Of a stretch of 64,000 nt of DNA, positions 49,196-62,400 are shown one piece after another. Origin of the DNA: Mobula hypostoma (Eukaryota); assembly GCF_963921235.1 (NCBI RefSeq), contig NC_086106.1:33728001-33792000 (forward strand), in the 5' to 3' direction. The first letter of the stretch is position 1. Each line of letters begins with the position of its first letter. The position numbers were made by a program, and so were the translations under genes. The notes under the pieces are model-generated. The model was not told the origin of the DNA. It saw nothing but the letters and a program-made list of their open reading frames with translations, and ran no database searches.

Positions 49196-49238
49196 TTGGC
49201 AACCAGGTTAAAAATATCGAAAGACATAAAATATTCAT
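49196..49238 (-). CDS. IgNAR: IgNAR leader exon (MNILCLSIFLTWLP + first base of N)
   Basis: ATG at 49238, donor CCAA|gtaagt, 128-bp intron; resembles the IgNAR leader MNIFLLSVLLAWLPNVFT. Confidence 0.93.
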
Positions 49239-49328
49239 CGTTCGTTCACGACCTGAAAGCCTGTTAAACAGAGAAGGTTCCAGACATCAGCGCAGGCTGT
49301 CTGTGCAACCTTGTGGAGGAGCAAAGAC

Positions 49329-49362
49329 TTTATAGGCCTCGAGAGTCTGGCCTCATTTGCAT
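49329..49362 (-). promoter_or_regulatory. IgNAR V promoter: TATA box (49329-49334) and octamer ATGCAAAT (49355-49362)
   Basis: Minus strand reads ATGCAAATgag...ggccTATAAAg, about 90-125 bp upstream of the ATG, octamer in heavy-chain orientation. Confidence 0.8.
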
Positions 49363-49601
49363 AATGCAGAATGAAGGCACATTCACTACGATTATAGCTT
49401 GGATGATGATATGCATTATATCCCATAATTACATCGGTAAATTATATGACGCATTAACGTGAATGCACGGATAGAGATTTAGAGAAAGATCTTCACTGCT
49501 GCCTTCCATCGTACTGAACGTATTTCTCTTTGCTCTGTTATATGGAGAGAGTTTCACAAAAATATGATAAAAGTCTAAAGGTCATTATGACACAGAAAAT
49601 A

Positions 49602-51363
49602 CTCTTGAAGATCAGAGTGGTCGGCTATGTGCAGAACCAAAGGAAATGGGGGAGATCTTAAATAGGTTTTTTGCGTCTGTATTTACTAAGGAAACTGGAA
49701 TGAAGTCTATGGAATTGAGGGAATCAAGTAGTGAGATCATGGAAAGTGTACAGATTGAAAAGGAGGAGGTGCTTGCTGTCTTCAGGAAACTTAAAGTGGA
49801 TAAATCCCCGGGACCTGACAGGGTGTTCCCTCGGACCTTGAAGGAGACTAGTGTTGAAATTGCGGGGGGCCTGGCAGAAATACTTAAAATGTCACTGTCT
49901 ACGGGTGAGGTGCCGAAGGATTGGAGAGTGGCTCATGTTGTTCCGCTGTTTAAAAAAGGATCGAAAAGTAATCTGGGAAAGTATAGGCCGGTGAATTTAA
50001 CGTCAGTAGTAGGTAAGTTATTGGAGGGAGTACTAAGAGACAGAATCTACAAGCATTTGGATAGACAGGGACTTATTAGGGAGAGTCAACATGGCTTTGC
50101 GCGTGGTAGGTCATGTTTGACCAAACTATTGGAGTTTCTCGAGGAGGTTACCAGGAAAGTGGATGAAGGGAAGGCAGTGGATATTGTCTACATGGATTTC
50201 AGTAAGGCTTTTGACAAGGTCCCGCATGGGAGGTTAGTTAGGAAAATTCAGTCGCTAGGTATACATTGGAGAGGTGGTAAATTGGATTAGACATGGCTCA
50301 ATGGAAGAAGCCAAAGAGTGGTGGTAGAGAATTGCTTCTCTGAGTGGAGGCCTGTGACTAGTGGTGTGCCACAAGGATCAGTGCTGGATCCATTGTTATT
50401 TGTCATCTATATCAATGATCTGGATGATAATGTGGTAAATTGGATCAGCAAATTTGCTGATGATACAAAGATTGGAGGTGTAGTAGACAGTGAGGAAGGT
50501 TTTTTAGAGCCTGCAGAGGGACTTGGACCAGCTGGAAAAATGGGCTGAAAAATGGCAAATGGAGTTTAATACAGGCAAGTGTGAGGTATTGCACGTTGGA
50601 AGGACAAACCAAGGTAGAACATACAGGGTTAATGGTAAGGCACTGAGGAGTGCAGTAGAACAGAGGGATCTGAGGATACAGATACAAAATTCCCTAAAAG
50701 TGGCGTCACAAGTAGATAGGGTTGTAAAGAGAGCTTTTGGTACATTGGCCTTTATTAATCAAAGTATTGAGTATAAGAGCTGGAATGTTATGATGCGGTT
50801 GTATAAGGCATTGGTGAGGCCGAATCTGGAGTATTGTGTTCAGTTTTGGTCACCAAATTACAGGAAGGATATAAATAAAGTTGAAAGAGTGCAGAGAAGG
50901 TTTACATGGATGTTGCCAGGACTTGAGAAACTCAGTTACAGGGAAAGGTTGAATAGGTTAGGACTTTATTCCCTGGAGCGTAGAAGAATGAGGGGTGATT
51001 TGACAGAGGTATATAAAATTATGATGGGTATAGATAGAATGAATGCAAGCAGGCTTTTTCCACTGAGGCAAGGGGAGAAAAAAACCAGAGGACATGGGTT
51101 AAGGGTGAGGAGGGAAAAGTTTAAAGGGAACATTAGGGGGGGCTTCTTCACACAGAGAGTGGTGGGAGCATGGAACGAGCTGCCAGATGAGGTGGTAAAT
51201 GCGGGTTCTTTTTTAACATTTAAGAATAAATTGGACAGTTACATGGACGGGAGGCGTATGGAGCGATATGGTCCGTGTGCAGGTCAGTGGGACTAGGCAG
51301 AAAATGGTTCGGCACAGCCAAGAAGGGCCAAAGGGCCTGTTTCTGTGCTGTAGTTTCTATGGT
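49602..51363 (+). mobile_element. 5'-truncated, relatively young CR1 LINE
   Basis: ORFs 49646-50290, 50318-50548 and 50523-51296 give a frameshifted ORF2 (KSPGPDRVFPRTLKE, QHGFARGRSCLT, YMDFSKAFDKVPH, SGVPQGSV, KFADDTK, YKALVRPNLEYCVQFWSP); CR1 3' UTR ending 'gtttctatggt'. Confidence 0.93.
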
Positions 51364-52022
51364 AAACCAATTCAGTTCATCACCACGAATAACTAAAGAT
51401 TATTCCTATTGATGCAGACAAACTGAACACATCCCTGTCTCCCTAGCTTGCTTCCTCTATTCACTATTGATAGTCAACATGAATCTGATCCCAGACGTAG
51501 TAACAAAATCTGAGCCGAAGTTTATTTTCAATTGTGGTTTCGAGACTTCGCAGGCAATGTGCGTGGATAGTAACGAAGCAACACACAAGGTACTGGAGGA
51601 ACTCGACCAGACAGAAAGCATTACAATGAAAAAACTCAGATCTGCCGAAATTAGTGTAGTAATCTGAGTCATTTCTGATCAGAAGACAGAAAGGAAATGG
51701 ACTTAGGGACGAAGATCCTGTCAGATTGTTCATTGTGAAGGGTTTTGTCGAATTCGAACAACATGGCAAACTGCGAACCATATTCCGTAATGATGTCAAA
51801 GGGAGAAGAAGATGGGGAATGAATATGATAAATGATCAACTTCCTAGGGCAGCCGATACGCATAAAATACATAATTTTAATGGAATATATAACTTCTTGG
51901 GAAGAGTGGATGGCGGCAGACGTGGCAAATTTAGTCAAGAAGATAAAGAAAGCATGATTAAGGTTTAGGGAGATAAAACCGAACGGTGATACTGAAAAAT
52001 GTAAATGAGAGAGAAAAGTTTC

Positions 52023-52182
52023 NNNNNNNNNNNNNNNNNNNNNNNNNNNNNNNNNNNNNNNNNNNNNNNNNNNNNNNNNNNNNNNNNNNNNNNNNNNNNN
52101 NNNNNNNNNNNNNNNNNNNNNNNNNNNNNNNNNNNNNNNNNNNNNNNNNNNNNNNNNNNNNNNNNNNNNNNNNNNNNNNNNN
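52023..52182. other. Assembly gap (160 N)
   Basis: Run of N. Confidence 1.
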
Positions 52183-52789
52183 CGGATACATACCACAAGA
52201 AACAAAGATAACTCGGCAGAGGATAGAACCATTCACGGATAAAGTAGGAAGCATGCTTTTGGAGAGCGATTATGAGCGTTCAGTCCTAAGGTGTACTTTG
52301 CATATGTTTTTACCAAGGGGAGAGAATTAGACGGTAGTGAGACCAGAGGGGAGCGTGCTCATTTGTCAGGACATTTCGAGATTAGGAATGTCTTTTTGCA
52401 GGGCCTATTGAAGTATTCTAGAGAAAGGCGAGAACGGTGATTGCTGGCGCCATGACCAACATAGTTGTACAAGTTCAATTTGAAATTCGTTTATTGTCAT
52501 TTGAGTGTACATATAGACAACCAAACGAAACAACGTTCCTCCGGACGAAGGTGCATCCACACAACATATATCACATACGTACAAAACACCAAAGTATACT
52601 GTAAATAAGTTAATAAATTATAATTCAAAATGTATGTAGTAATGCGGAGCGCAGATAAATAGTAAACAGTACAGTAAGCAGTCCGCTGTCCTAGAGACGA
52701 TACATGGGTGTTGGTTGGGTATTCATCATTCTCACACCCTGAGGGAAGAAAGAAGCTGTTGCGCGGGGCGGGGGGGGGGCGGGGGATGT

Positions 52790-53230
52790 TGCTCCTTTAT
52801 TCAGGAATGGAAATGGCGTTAATCTGGAAATAATAGATTGGTGGATCTTATTGTCAGTGGTAAGGAAACTGATGTAGAGGATTCTTAGAAATAGAATTTA
52901 CGAGCATTTGAAAAAGCACAGCTTAATTAGGGATTATCAGTATAGCTTTCTGCGAGGCAGGTCATCTCTTAGTATCAGTATTGAAGGGTTCAAGAAGGTG
53001 ATGGAGATGATTGATAAAGGTCGAGAGTTAGAATATGTCTACGTGGGCTTTATGGAGATATGCGAGAAGGCCACTCATGGGATACTCGTACAGAAGATTA
53101 AGAAGCATGCTATCCATGGTGACTTGGCCGTTTGGATTCATGATAGTGCTGCCTACCGAAGACAGAGTGTAGTAGTTGATTGATGGTTCTGCTTGCAAGT
53201 ACGTCACTAATGTTGTTCCGTACCAGAACC
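52790..53230 (+). mobile_element. Degraded CR1 RT fragment
   Basis: ORF 52908-53183 'HSLIRDYQYSFLRGRS...VYVGFMEICEKATHGILVQKIK'. Confidence 0.65.
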
Positions 53231-53254
53231 TCCGACGTTAGTGATGATATACAT

Positions 53255-55764
53255 AGTGGCGAGCATTTGGTCCATGATGACAGACGAAAACAAGCTCGTT
53301 AAGCTCGTTTAATTCAGCAGCCGATTTTATTGGGACAAGGACAAAAGCTGATCGGGCGCTATGACCCGGGGAGAAACCCACTCAGTCACATGCAGATGGG
53401 GAGGTGATTATTACATACCCTGGTTACAGTCACTGTGACCCACAAACACACATGCAAATAACTGTAGGACCCAAGCCAGTGTCAGCCGGTCCCGGTTCGG
53501 CACGACTGGCTTCGGCCACTCAGGCAACCGCACTCGGTATACCACATCGGGGATGCAGTCGAGCAGCTCTCCCGGCGCCTTCTAATGGATTACAAACTTG
53601 GGGGATAGTCTCTTCTTCCGGCTGGAGTAGTAAACCATATCGGGGCCTCCACCTGATTCTGCTGCAATGGCGCTCCAGACTGACTCCGGCTCGTTCTGGG
53701 ATGCCCAAGCATCTTTGTAGTGAACGAACAGCTCCACCTCCTGCCTGTCCACTGGCTAATAGAAGCTTTCGCGCAACTTGCCCAACGTCTTTGCGACCCC
53801 GAAACAGCCTGTCGCACCAGCCCGTGCACGGACCGTAACACCGTGGCCACCGCCAGAACAGCAGCCCGTCCCGCTACTCCGGCGTGCCCACTGAGAGAAT
53901 AGGGCTTTAACCTCTGGATCTAGGGCGGAGACCTCTGCCCATTCCGGCCATCGTTCCCACGCTCAACAATCCCTTAACTCGGACCAGCAGAGGATCGCTC
54001 ACCAGCTCGCCGTGGAGGGTCGCGGTGAGACCGTGGTGCGTTGTGCTGACCCAGCCGGGTCCGCTTTCTGAAGGTGTCCTGCCGGACGACCACGGCTTCG
54101 GCGCCGAAGTAGAGCATTGCCCCCAGTACATCCACGCGCCCCCGCGCCCCCAGCGTGACAGCAGGTCCAGGCCAATGAGGCCGGACTCCCGGATCTCAGC
54201 CATACGCACCTCGTATTCTGCTGTGTTTTCCCCACTGCGATGCGCAGCCACCTCTTCCCTCTCAGCGCCGCACAGTTGCCAGTAACCGTAGCCGCTGGAC
54301 CGGCGTGGTTGTCGACCCAGGCAGGGTGGATGGGCCGTGTTGCGAGGAAAGCCGGATAGGTAATGGTGCGAATTGACACCGTGTCCACCAACGCAAGAGC
54401 TCTGATGCCCTCTACCGCGCAGGCCATGCAAAAGCCTTGTTCTTCACCCAAACGTCCCACCCGGAGAGGCGACAACCGCAGATTCTGCTGGAGGTGTGGA
54501 GCGGCGCCGGCTGGCTGCGCTGGGCTATGGCGTGGCGCTGCTGCGGAGCAATCTCAGGCCATATGGCTTGCCTCGCCATACCGATAGCAGAGACCACTCC
54601 GCGGCACGCCATGGGGCCTGCGCGGTGCTGGTCGGAACTGTGTCACGGGCTCCTCTTCGTCAGTTTCCTACTCCACCTCGGTGACATAAGCCCAACCTCG
54701 TGGCGTGCCGGGTGACACTAAAATGCTTTGGGGGAGTGAAGTTGCTTCGCCCTTCTGCCTCTGCCAGCGATGATGGTGATGTCAGGGTGACATGCTACCG
54801 AAGACGCTCTGGCTTGAGCGCTTTTTCAAAGGCGTGGAGGGCAAGCTCTTCTTGGACCGCGGAAAGGAACTGGGGTTGGCCATGACGAGCATAGTGGCGG
54901 AGATCTGCTGCGAACGCCCTCCAGGCTTTCTCCTACACGGCGCCACCTGCTGCCCAGTTCTTCTCTCATTGCTTCCACCAATGGCCTCTACCTGAAACGC
55001 AGCTCCTGCGCCGCTTGGATAGCACTATAGTCATGCTGCTCAGCCGGCGTTAGGTCGAGCAGGACCCCCGGGGCGTCCCCCTCTGGTGCCAGGACAAGGT
55101 CCACCGCCGTTCTGGTGGGGCTCCACGTTGTGCCATGCGGCAAGTTTGAAGCATCAGGTATGGCTCCAGGCGGCTGATAGCATTCTATTTGAGGAGCTTT
55201 AGGGAGGACCATGCACCGTGAAAACTGAGGCCTGTTGGTCTTCCTCTTCCTCTAGCGATGTCGGTGGTACCTGCCATATCGCCCGACCTCCCATTGCTGC
55301 GTTTTCTTCAGCCCCCGGTGCGGTCCAAGAGGTAGGCAGGGGATGTGATCCGCTATGCCCCCGGGTTCGGGAGCCTAGGTACGCTCGCTCCACCGGGTTC
55401 CCGGGGAAGGCATAATGCTCAGTTCCTAGGACCTCCGGGTAGGCGTCCCATCTTCGGGAGCCCAGCCCGGAGTAGCGGGGTAGACATTCTGCTCAGTCCC
55501 TTGGCTTATTCCCCGGGTTTTAAGGCATTCTATCCGATGTCGTAGTTCTTCAATCTCGCCGTGAATTTCTAATCCCACTCCTGATCCCAATGTGGCGAGC
55601 ATTCGGTGACAGACGAGAACAGCTCCTTTAACTTGTCTACCGTCTTTACTGCAACAAGCACAAAAACAGACTGGCCTGTATGACCCCAGGAGAGAACCAC
55701 TCAGTCACATACTGATGGTCGAGGTCATTATTATGTACCCTAGTTACAGTCAATGTGGCCCACA
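53255..55764 (-). mobile_element. Internally deleted Gypsy-type LTR element (gag-protease only)
   Basis: Short LTRs 53255-53444 and 55591-55764 (tg/agtggcgagcatt...tgtg.cccaca); PBS like tRNA-Leu (plus strand ATCCCACTCCTGATCCCA, 55572-55589); degenerate knuckle CYRYGEASHMA*DC (about 54540-54580); protease ALALVDTVS; no RT/IN; no TSD seen. Confidence 0.75.
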
Positions 55765-56914
55765 AAAAAACATACGAATAACCGTATAACCCAAGATAAA
55801 ATGTAACAATAAATGAACTTGAACATCCCACCATAATCCCACGAAACAAGAACAATAAATAGCGCTGGCCACTTGGAATGCTGGGGCGGGTTGTCGACCA
55901 GGCCCACTCCGCGCAACCCCCACCCCCTAACTCCCGGAGCCCTACAATAGATATTCATTTTCAAGTACATTTGTTATCAAAGAATGTAGAAATTACACGT
56001 CCTTCAGATGTACTTGCTTCCCGGTAGCCACAGATCAAGAAATCTGAAAGAATACAATTTATAGTAAAAAGAATAACAATAAAAAAAAAATAAGAGACCA
56101 AGCAACACACACAAAATGTTGGCGAACTCAGCAGGCCAGGTAGCATCAATGGAAAAAAAGTACACAGTCGATGCTTTGGGCCCGGACCCTTCATCAAGAC
56201 TTTTTTTGTGTGTATTGCTTGGAATTCCAGCCTCCGCAGGTTTTCACTTATTAACGAAAGACTCGATGCACAAGAGAATGACAAAAATTCAAGGCATGCA
56301 AAGAACTGAAGCGAACAACAGCATTCCAAACCAAAAATGAGTCCTCAGATCCGATCCCCGGAGTACCCCGGAGTAGACCCGAAGCTTTGCTGATCCGTTC
56401 ATCTTATTAGCGGGCACGGAGCACAGCAGCCGGAGCGGTCTTTATAGTCTCAGTGCCATGGAGATGACCATCGTTGAGAATGAGCGAAATCGGCTCTCGT
56501 CCCGACCGATACCCTATCTTGTCAGTCTATCTGAGCCAAGGTTTAAATTGACCCAACGACGGAACAGCGAAAGGCTCTGGAACCCTGGAGAGAGGACTGA
56601 ACATCGCGGAGAGCGAGTGAAATCGGCTCTCGCCTCCAATATGGGTCGACGTTTTAATTCTACTTCGCACGGGGATCCAGGTACCGTTGACTTGGAAGGT
56701 CCTGGGACATGAGCACGCTGCCCAGCGAATCGCTGCAGCCCTGATTTCGTCGCCCAGCCCGAAGCCGCTCTTAAGTTCTTCAAGTACGCTCAGCCTTTCC
56801 TCTGCCTTCTCCGTGATGGAAAACTGGCACATTGCTTTCACTCCAGGGGCAGGAACGTTCCCCACTCTCCGTCCCTGCCAAGCCCTTCATGTGCACGTCG
56901 TGTCTCTGTATTAC

Positions 56915-59830
56915 AATCAATGTACCGACTCCCCGGCCGGTATTTCAGACAGAACTCATTAGTAGACAACGCAGCAACCACAGATGGCCTGTGGCACCAA
57001 TTTCACCGAGTTCAGGATGTAAGGAAATGGATTGTTGTCCGTCCTCACCTCGAACTAGGCTCCATACATATAGTCACTTAGCTTATCCACTACAGCCCAT
57101 TTCAAAGCCAGGAACTCCAAATTGTGTGTGGGGTAGTTTCGCTCAGAGGGTGAGTGACTCCAGCTGACAAAAGCGACAGGTGTCAACCCTGTGCTCTGAT
57201 CACGATGCAGAACTCCCCGAAGCCTTGTCTGCTGGCATCCGTATGCAGTACATGCGGCAATCGGGGGTTCGCAAAAGCCAGCACAGCTGTTTACCTCATC
57301 TGTTCCTTTCTTAACTCAAAGGCTTCTTCACATTTCGAATCCCATCTCGCTCCAAAAAACTCCGAATGGCTAAAATAATCTTTACCAGCTTCTCTTCTCG
57401 TCCTCCTCCCTTTCTTCCCCAAGACAGTGTAACAGCACGGAAGCTGATTTATGTGGTAACTCACTTTAGAGTTGTCCTTCATGAACCTCCGATATTTCTC
57501 ACAGAATCCAAGGAACGAGGGCAGGCTGCTCACAGATTGGACCCTTGGCTATGTGGTCACCGCCTCTATCTTAGACGGATCAGAAACTACTCCATACCCT
57601 GAGACTATGTGCCCCACATAGTTGACAGACGGTCCCGTCCCGTACTTGTCCAGGGAAAGTTTTACCCTGAATCTTTCAGGCAGCCCGGCACCTTTCAGTA
57701 GTCTAGGCTCATATTCGTTCAAGGTGTACGGGAATACTGTGAGATCATCCAAGTACAGCAACACCTTAAGCAAGTTCATATCCCCCACGGCTTTCTCCAT
57801 GACACGCTGGAAAGTTGCCGGGGGCTCCTGATATGCCCTGGACTATCCTTTCAAACTGGAAGAATCCCAGTAGCCGTCTTCCCTTTCTCAGCCTCACTCA
57901 TGGGTATCTGGTAATATCCACTCCTGACGTCCAGCCCACTGAACCACTTCGCACCACTCAGACAGGCCAACGCACCCACCATTCTCGGAACAGTATACTG
58001 TTCGGCGACTGTACGCCCGTTAAGAGCCCGATAGTCCACACACATCTGTACCCTCCCATTCTTCTCCCTGGCCACGATTATTAGAGACGCGTAAGGGCTT
58101 CTGGACTCAGTGATGATCCCAGCTTCCTTCAGTTTCCGCAGATGCTGCCGAACGTCCACACCCCTGCAAGCGCCAGTCGCCGCGACCTGTCTCTGAACGG
58201 GGTGTTCTCTGTCTCCCGAATGGTGTGGCGAGTGCTCCTGGAACAACCCACATCAAACTCGTCAGTGGGAAAGACATCTTCCATCTTCAATATCTTCCTT
58301 ATCAAACTTTCCTTCCAACTTCCAGATACCGGGGAGTCCCCAAAGTTGAATGACTCGGCAGTCAAATTTCCCTTTTTTGGAGAGAGTTTCTTCCCGACTT
58401 GTCTCACAGAGACACTAGATTTTACCGTCACCGGAAAGAGGTGTTCCATTGGCATATGCCGGCTAAGGGTGCCCTTCCTCTCCGAGGTGGTCCTGACAAT
58501 TACTGTCATCCTGTTCACTTGTGCAACCGGGGGCTTCTGCAGCTCGAGTCTCATAGATACCCCCGCAGGTAAGGATGGCTTCTCTTCGTGTTCTTCCAGA
58601 GCATCAACCAAGAGGTCCTTGACATCAGGCATTCCGGGAAATTCCGGGTTTCCCGTCACTTTAGCTATTTCCCCAGCCCGTAACACGACTGGTTTGGACT
58701 GGGTTTACCACACAGACCCTCGTTTATGCTCATCATCCAGCCCAGTGTGGCTACACACTTCCTCAGAAGCAGCTCGGAACATGAGGTAAATAGACAAAGT
58801 TCTCTGAAAACTCTCTCCAACTTTCTCCTTGCAGGCTCCCATTAGCCTTTGCACAATAGGGGTATTCGTCCCCAAAAGAACTGAAGATTCGCCCTTTTCG
58901 ACCGGGTCCGGACAAACTAACACAAATGTATTAAGGACCTCAGCTGCTCCCACGTCTGTCTCCGAAAACTCCAGATTCAAGGACAAGTGACCATCATACG
59001 GGTAGTCATCCGTACTAAGACTCCAGACCTCTAGCGCATTGAATTGCGTCAATGGTAAATGCGTCAAATCCCGGTTCTAAAACAAACGGTACAGCAGAGT
59101 AACCCGAGAGCCTGTGTCAAATGTGGCTCTGACATAAATACCCTCGATCCGTAGCGATACACTGAGCTTGGCCCCACTAAGCCTTCAGGAATAGGATTTT
59201 CTTTGCTTCAGGGTGTTCGTTGATATATTGATTGGAACGTATTCCCCCCGAAAGGCCAGGACATTCCCTCACTGGGTTCTCAGTTTCCGACGTCCTTCTC
59301 CGCTTAGACAGCTCGGGGTTCACTCTCCGAAGATTTCCCGGCCTTCACACTCCCGCCTGAAGTGTTTGTCTTCCCCATAGTTATCGCAGAGAATACCGGT
59401 CGCTCCCCTTCCCGCGGGAACCCATTCACTAGCAGCCCACTGCTTCGTCCGTCCCCTCAGGGGGGTCGACTCCCAGTCGACTTTGTCACGCGGAGTGGTC
59501 GCACCCGCAGATAACAACATGGATATCTCAGTTTTAAACTCTGGTACGAGTTCCCCTCTCACCCCCGAGGGGGGGTTATCAGGTATCACTAGCAACCGAG
59601 GCTACTACCGTGGACTGTTCCCTGCTGACGGAGATCTGACGCGCCTCCGTCGCATTCTCTTCCTCTCTTAATTCTCTGATCAGCTCGACAAACGAGTGAG
59701 TGCGGCGCGTCTTCCGAGACATTGGGAGACCCCAAGCGATCATGTCATGTGTCTGTGCGCCTTTCAGGTAGACAGCGATCTTGGGGGTCCATGTCCATAG
59801 CTCTCTCAGAGTGGCAGCACAATTTGATAG
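56915..59830 (-). mobile_element. Degenerate Gypsy internal region (gag-PR-RT-RH), no LTRs or integrase seen
   Basis: Knuckle CDNYGEDKHFRREC (59320-59595); RT 'SPYASLIIVAREKNGRVQMCVDYRALN...LDVRSGYYQI' (57851-58246), 'LYLDD' (57549-57800); RNase H remnants to about 56915. Confidence 0.85.
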
Positions 59831-61559
59831 TGTGGTAAAGAAAGCGATCAGAGGTTATGTAGTATAAGGAGAGCTTGGGGAAACTAAGGTTATTTATACT
59901 TGAGTAGCCTACGAAGGGGAGACCTGAGAGCACGTTAGAAAATTATAGGAAGCATATGAATTGCAGGAAGCCGAAATATTTTCAACAGGATTGAAATGTG
60001 TAATACTAGAGGTCATGCATTGATGGTGAGAGGGAAATTTGAAAAGAGAGGTGCGGGCCATGTATTTTACATCGAGACTGATGTGGTTTGGACTCGTCAC
60101 TGGCATCCTCAGTCTTTATTTCATTATGAAATGTTATTTTCTGTTAATGGCAATCGAACGAATAAATTGCATAGACAAGAGAACCAAGATCAGAGACCAT
60201 GTTTCTATGATAGAGCCACGCCTGTTCACTGACACCATTTAAGGTGGCCGAGTATTCCAACAAAATACTTTATTACCTTTTGAAATTAATGTGCTACCCA
60301 TGTCAGAGCAATAACCAAGGCGCAGAAAAAAATTTGAAAGCAAATTGAAATGGATATTCATAATTTTGTCAGTCTAACAAGAGAACATATGATGGTATTG
60401 CCGTGCCTTTATGCATGTGCATTCATACTGACAGCTAAGGGTGACTCTTGATTCCCGGTACCATGTTATCATTGTCTGGATGTAAGGAGGTTGGTGCTTA
60501 AAATCTGCTGATGGAGTTTTGAAGATCAATTCCTCTCTTCGTTGCTCCATTCTGTTGTGAAAGAATAGCCCAACAAAAGAATGTAACGTGCTGAACGACC
60601 AGTAAATGACCGTTGCGCCCTTATCTTAAGTCGCCATCCGTTATTGCCCATCTGTTGTTCATTGAAAACCGCAGTATCTGGGGTCACGTTTGCCCCGTGC
60701 TGCTTTTAGAAGGAGGCGTTCGCTTAATTTCAAGAAGTAAAACTATGGGATGAGACACTGAATACAATTATTGACAGAAAGAACAGGTGGGTGGAGGCTT
60801 CAGTAGTTTTGTACAGCTGTTTCAGTGAGCGGAGCTGCCACCTGCACTGCGCTGAAAATCAAAGCCACAAGCATATTCATTGGTGATGTTGGACGAAAGT
60901 GAACATCTGATTCAATTGAGTCTTTAACCTATGACTTTCCAATACACGTGTTTTGTACAGTGGCCTCAGAAACTCGCTAGCCTCAGAAACTCTTCAGATA
61001 TAATTTTATAACCGATCACCAGTACGATTAATATATACAGATGCCCAATATTGCGTGTGCGCTTCAAGCACACGCTGATCAAAACATTAAAACTCTGTTT
61101 CTCTAAATGATTTTTGAATTAATAATGGGAAACAGCAAGACAGCAGATGATATTTTAAAAGATATTTTGTGTCCTATTTCGTCAGAGGTTACATTCCAGA
61201 ACGAGTCAGGACAAAACTTGGAAAGAAGTCAGTTCTATTACAATCGGCAGGTCAGTAGTACTGAGCCAATTGATGGAGCACGGAATGGCAAGTCTCCGTG
61301 TTTGATAGATTTATACAAGAGTCTGAAAAGTGGTGGCTGCTATGATGGCTTTTGACTTTCCAAACAACATTAGGTTGTCGCTGTGATTTTAGTGGATGGA
61401 CCTGAAGTTCAATAATGGATTGCAATTCAATGTATCACATATGTGGAAGGAGGTCTTCAAATTTGTTCAGCCTTTCTGATTTCTATAAGGCAAAACGACT
61501 ATAAATGTTGCCCTAAGCTAATCAACCTTTCTGCTGTATTCTCAAGTCTTTGAAATGAG

Positions 61560-62400
61560 TCCCTGGTCCTACGGTAATTGATGGGTCAGTGGTGAAGCAG
61601 ATAAGCAGATTCAAGTTCCTGGGTGTTGTCATCTCAGAGGAACTATCTTGGGCTGAATACCAATGTTTCCTCTCATTTGTAATGTCCACTATTCTCAAAA
61701 ATCTTGTGCTGTGCTATTGTTGGCCCAGTGACCACATGTGCACACTGAATAATTTCTTCACTAAAAACAATATAAATAAGCCAGTTCTAAAATCTGTCGA
61801 CAAATCATCACGTACTCCACCTTATTGACACCATTGATTCAGAAACCGGAAAAGGAAACGTTTGTGAAATATACTTAAAATACCAACAAGATAAAGGGTA
61901 ACAACCTTTTGTGTGCCGTTTAAATTCCTTTGTACACTCATAGCAAAAGATGCGTGCGCGCGCACACACGCATACCTTACGGGAAACTTTGGCCAACACA
62001 TTGATGGAATCACGAATTAGGAGTTTGATAAGATTTGCGATATCACCAAATGTACTCGCAAAATTATTCAGATGTACGGTGGAGAATATTCAGACTGGTT
62101 GTTTCACCGCCTTGTGCAGAGGTTCCAAAGTGTGGTATCAAAAGAGGTTGCAAAGGGTTGAAGGAGAACTTAGTCATCTGCTTCACCGACGTATCCATCC
62201 CACCATCATGAACATTGCAAAAGGCTGTGTCTCAAGAAAGAGGCATACATCATTAAGCACTCTCACCAGCCGAGATGTCCCCTCTTATTATTGCCACCGA
62301 GGAGAAAGTATAAGAGTCTGAACACCCACCCTCAGCTATCATATTTCTGAACGGTCCTTGAATCTATAAATACGACCTTGCGATTCCAATTATATGTGCT
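61560..62400 (+). mobile_element. Degraded Rex/L2-type LINE fragments
   Basis: 'FKFLGVVISEELSW' (61589) and 'LAKLFRCTVENIQTGCFTALC' (61950-62321). Confidence 0.6.

Noticed and set aside
47715-49238. NAR-TCR interpretation of the V-D-D-J cassette
   Set aside because: The J splices in phase to IgNAR C1-C3; no supporting TCR-delta V or TCR constant exon is visible.
56330-56910. Possible rRNA fragment because of high GC
   Set aside because: No conserved 18S/28S/5.8S motifs recognised.
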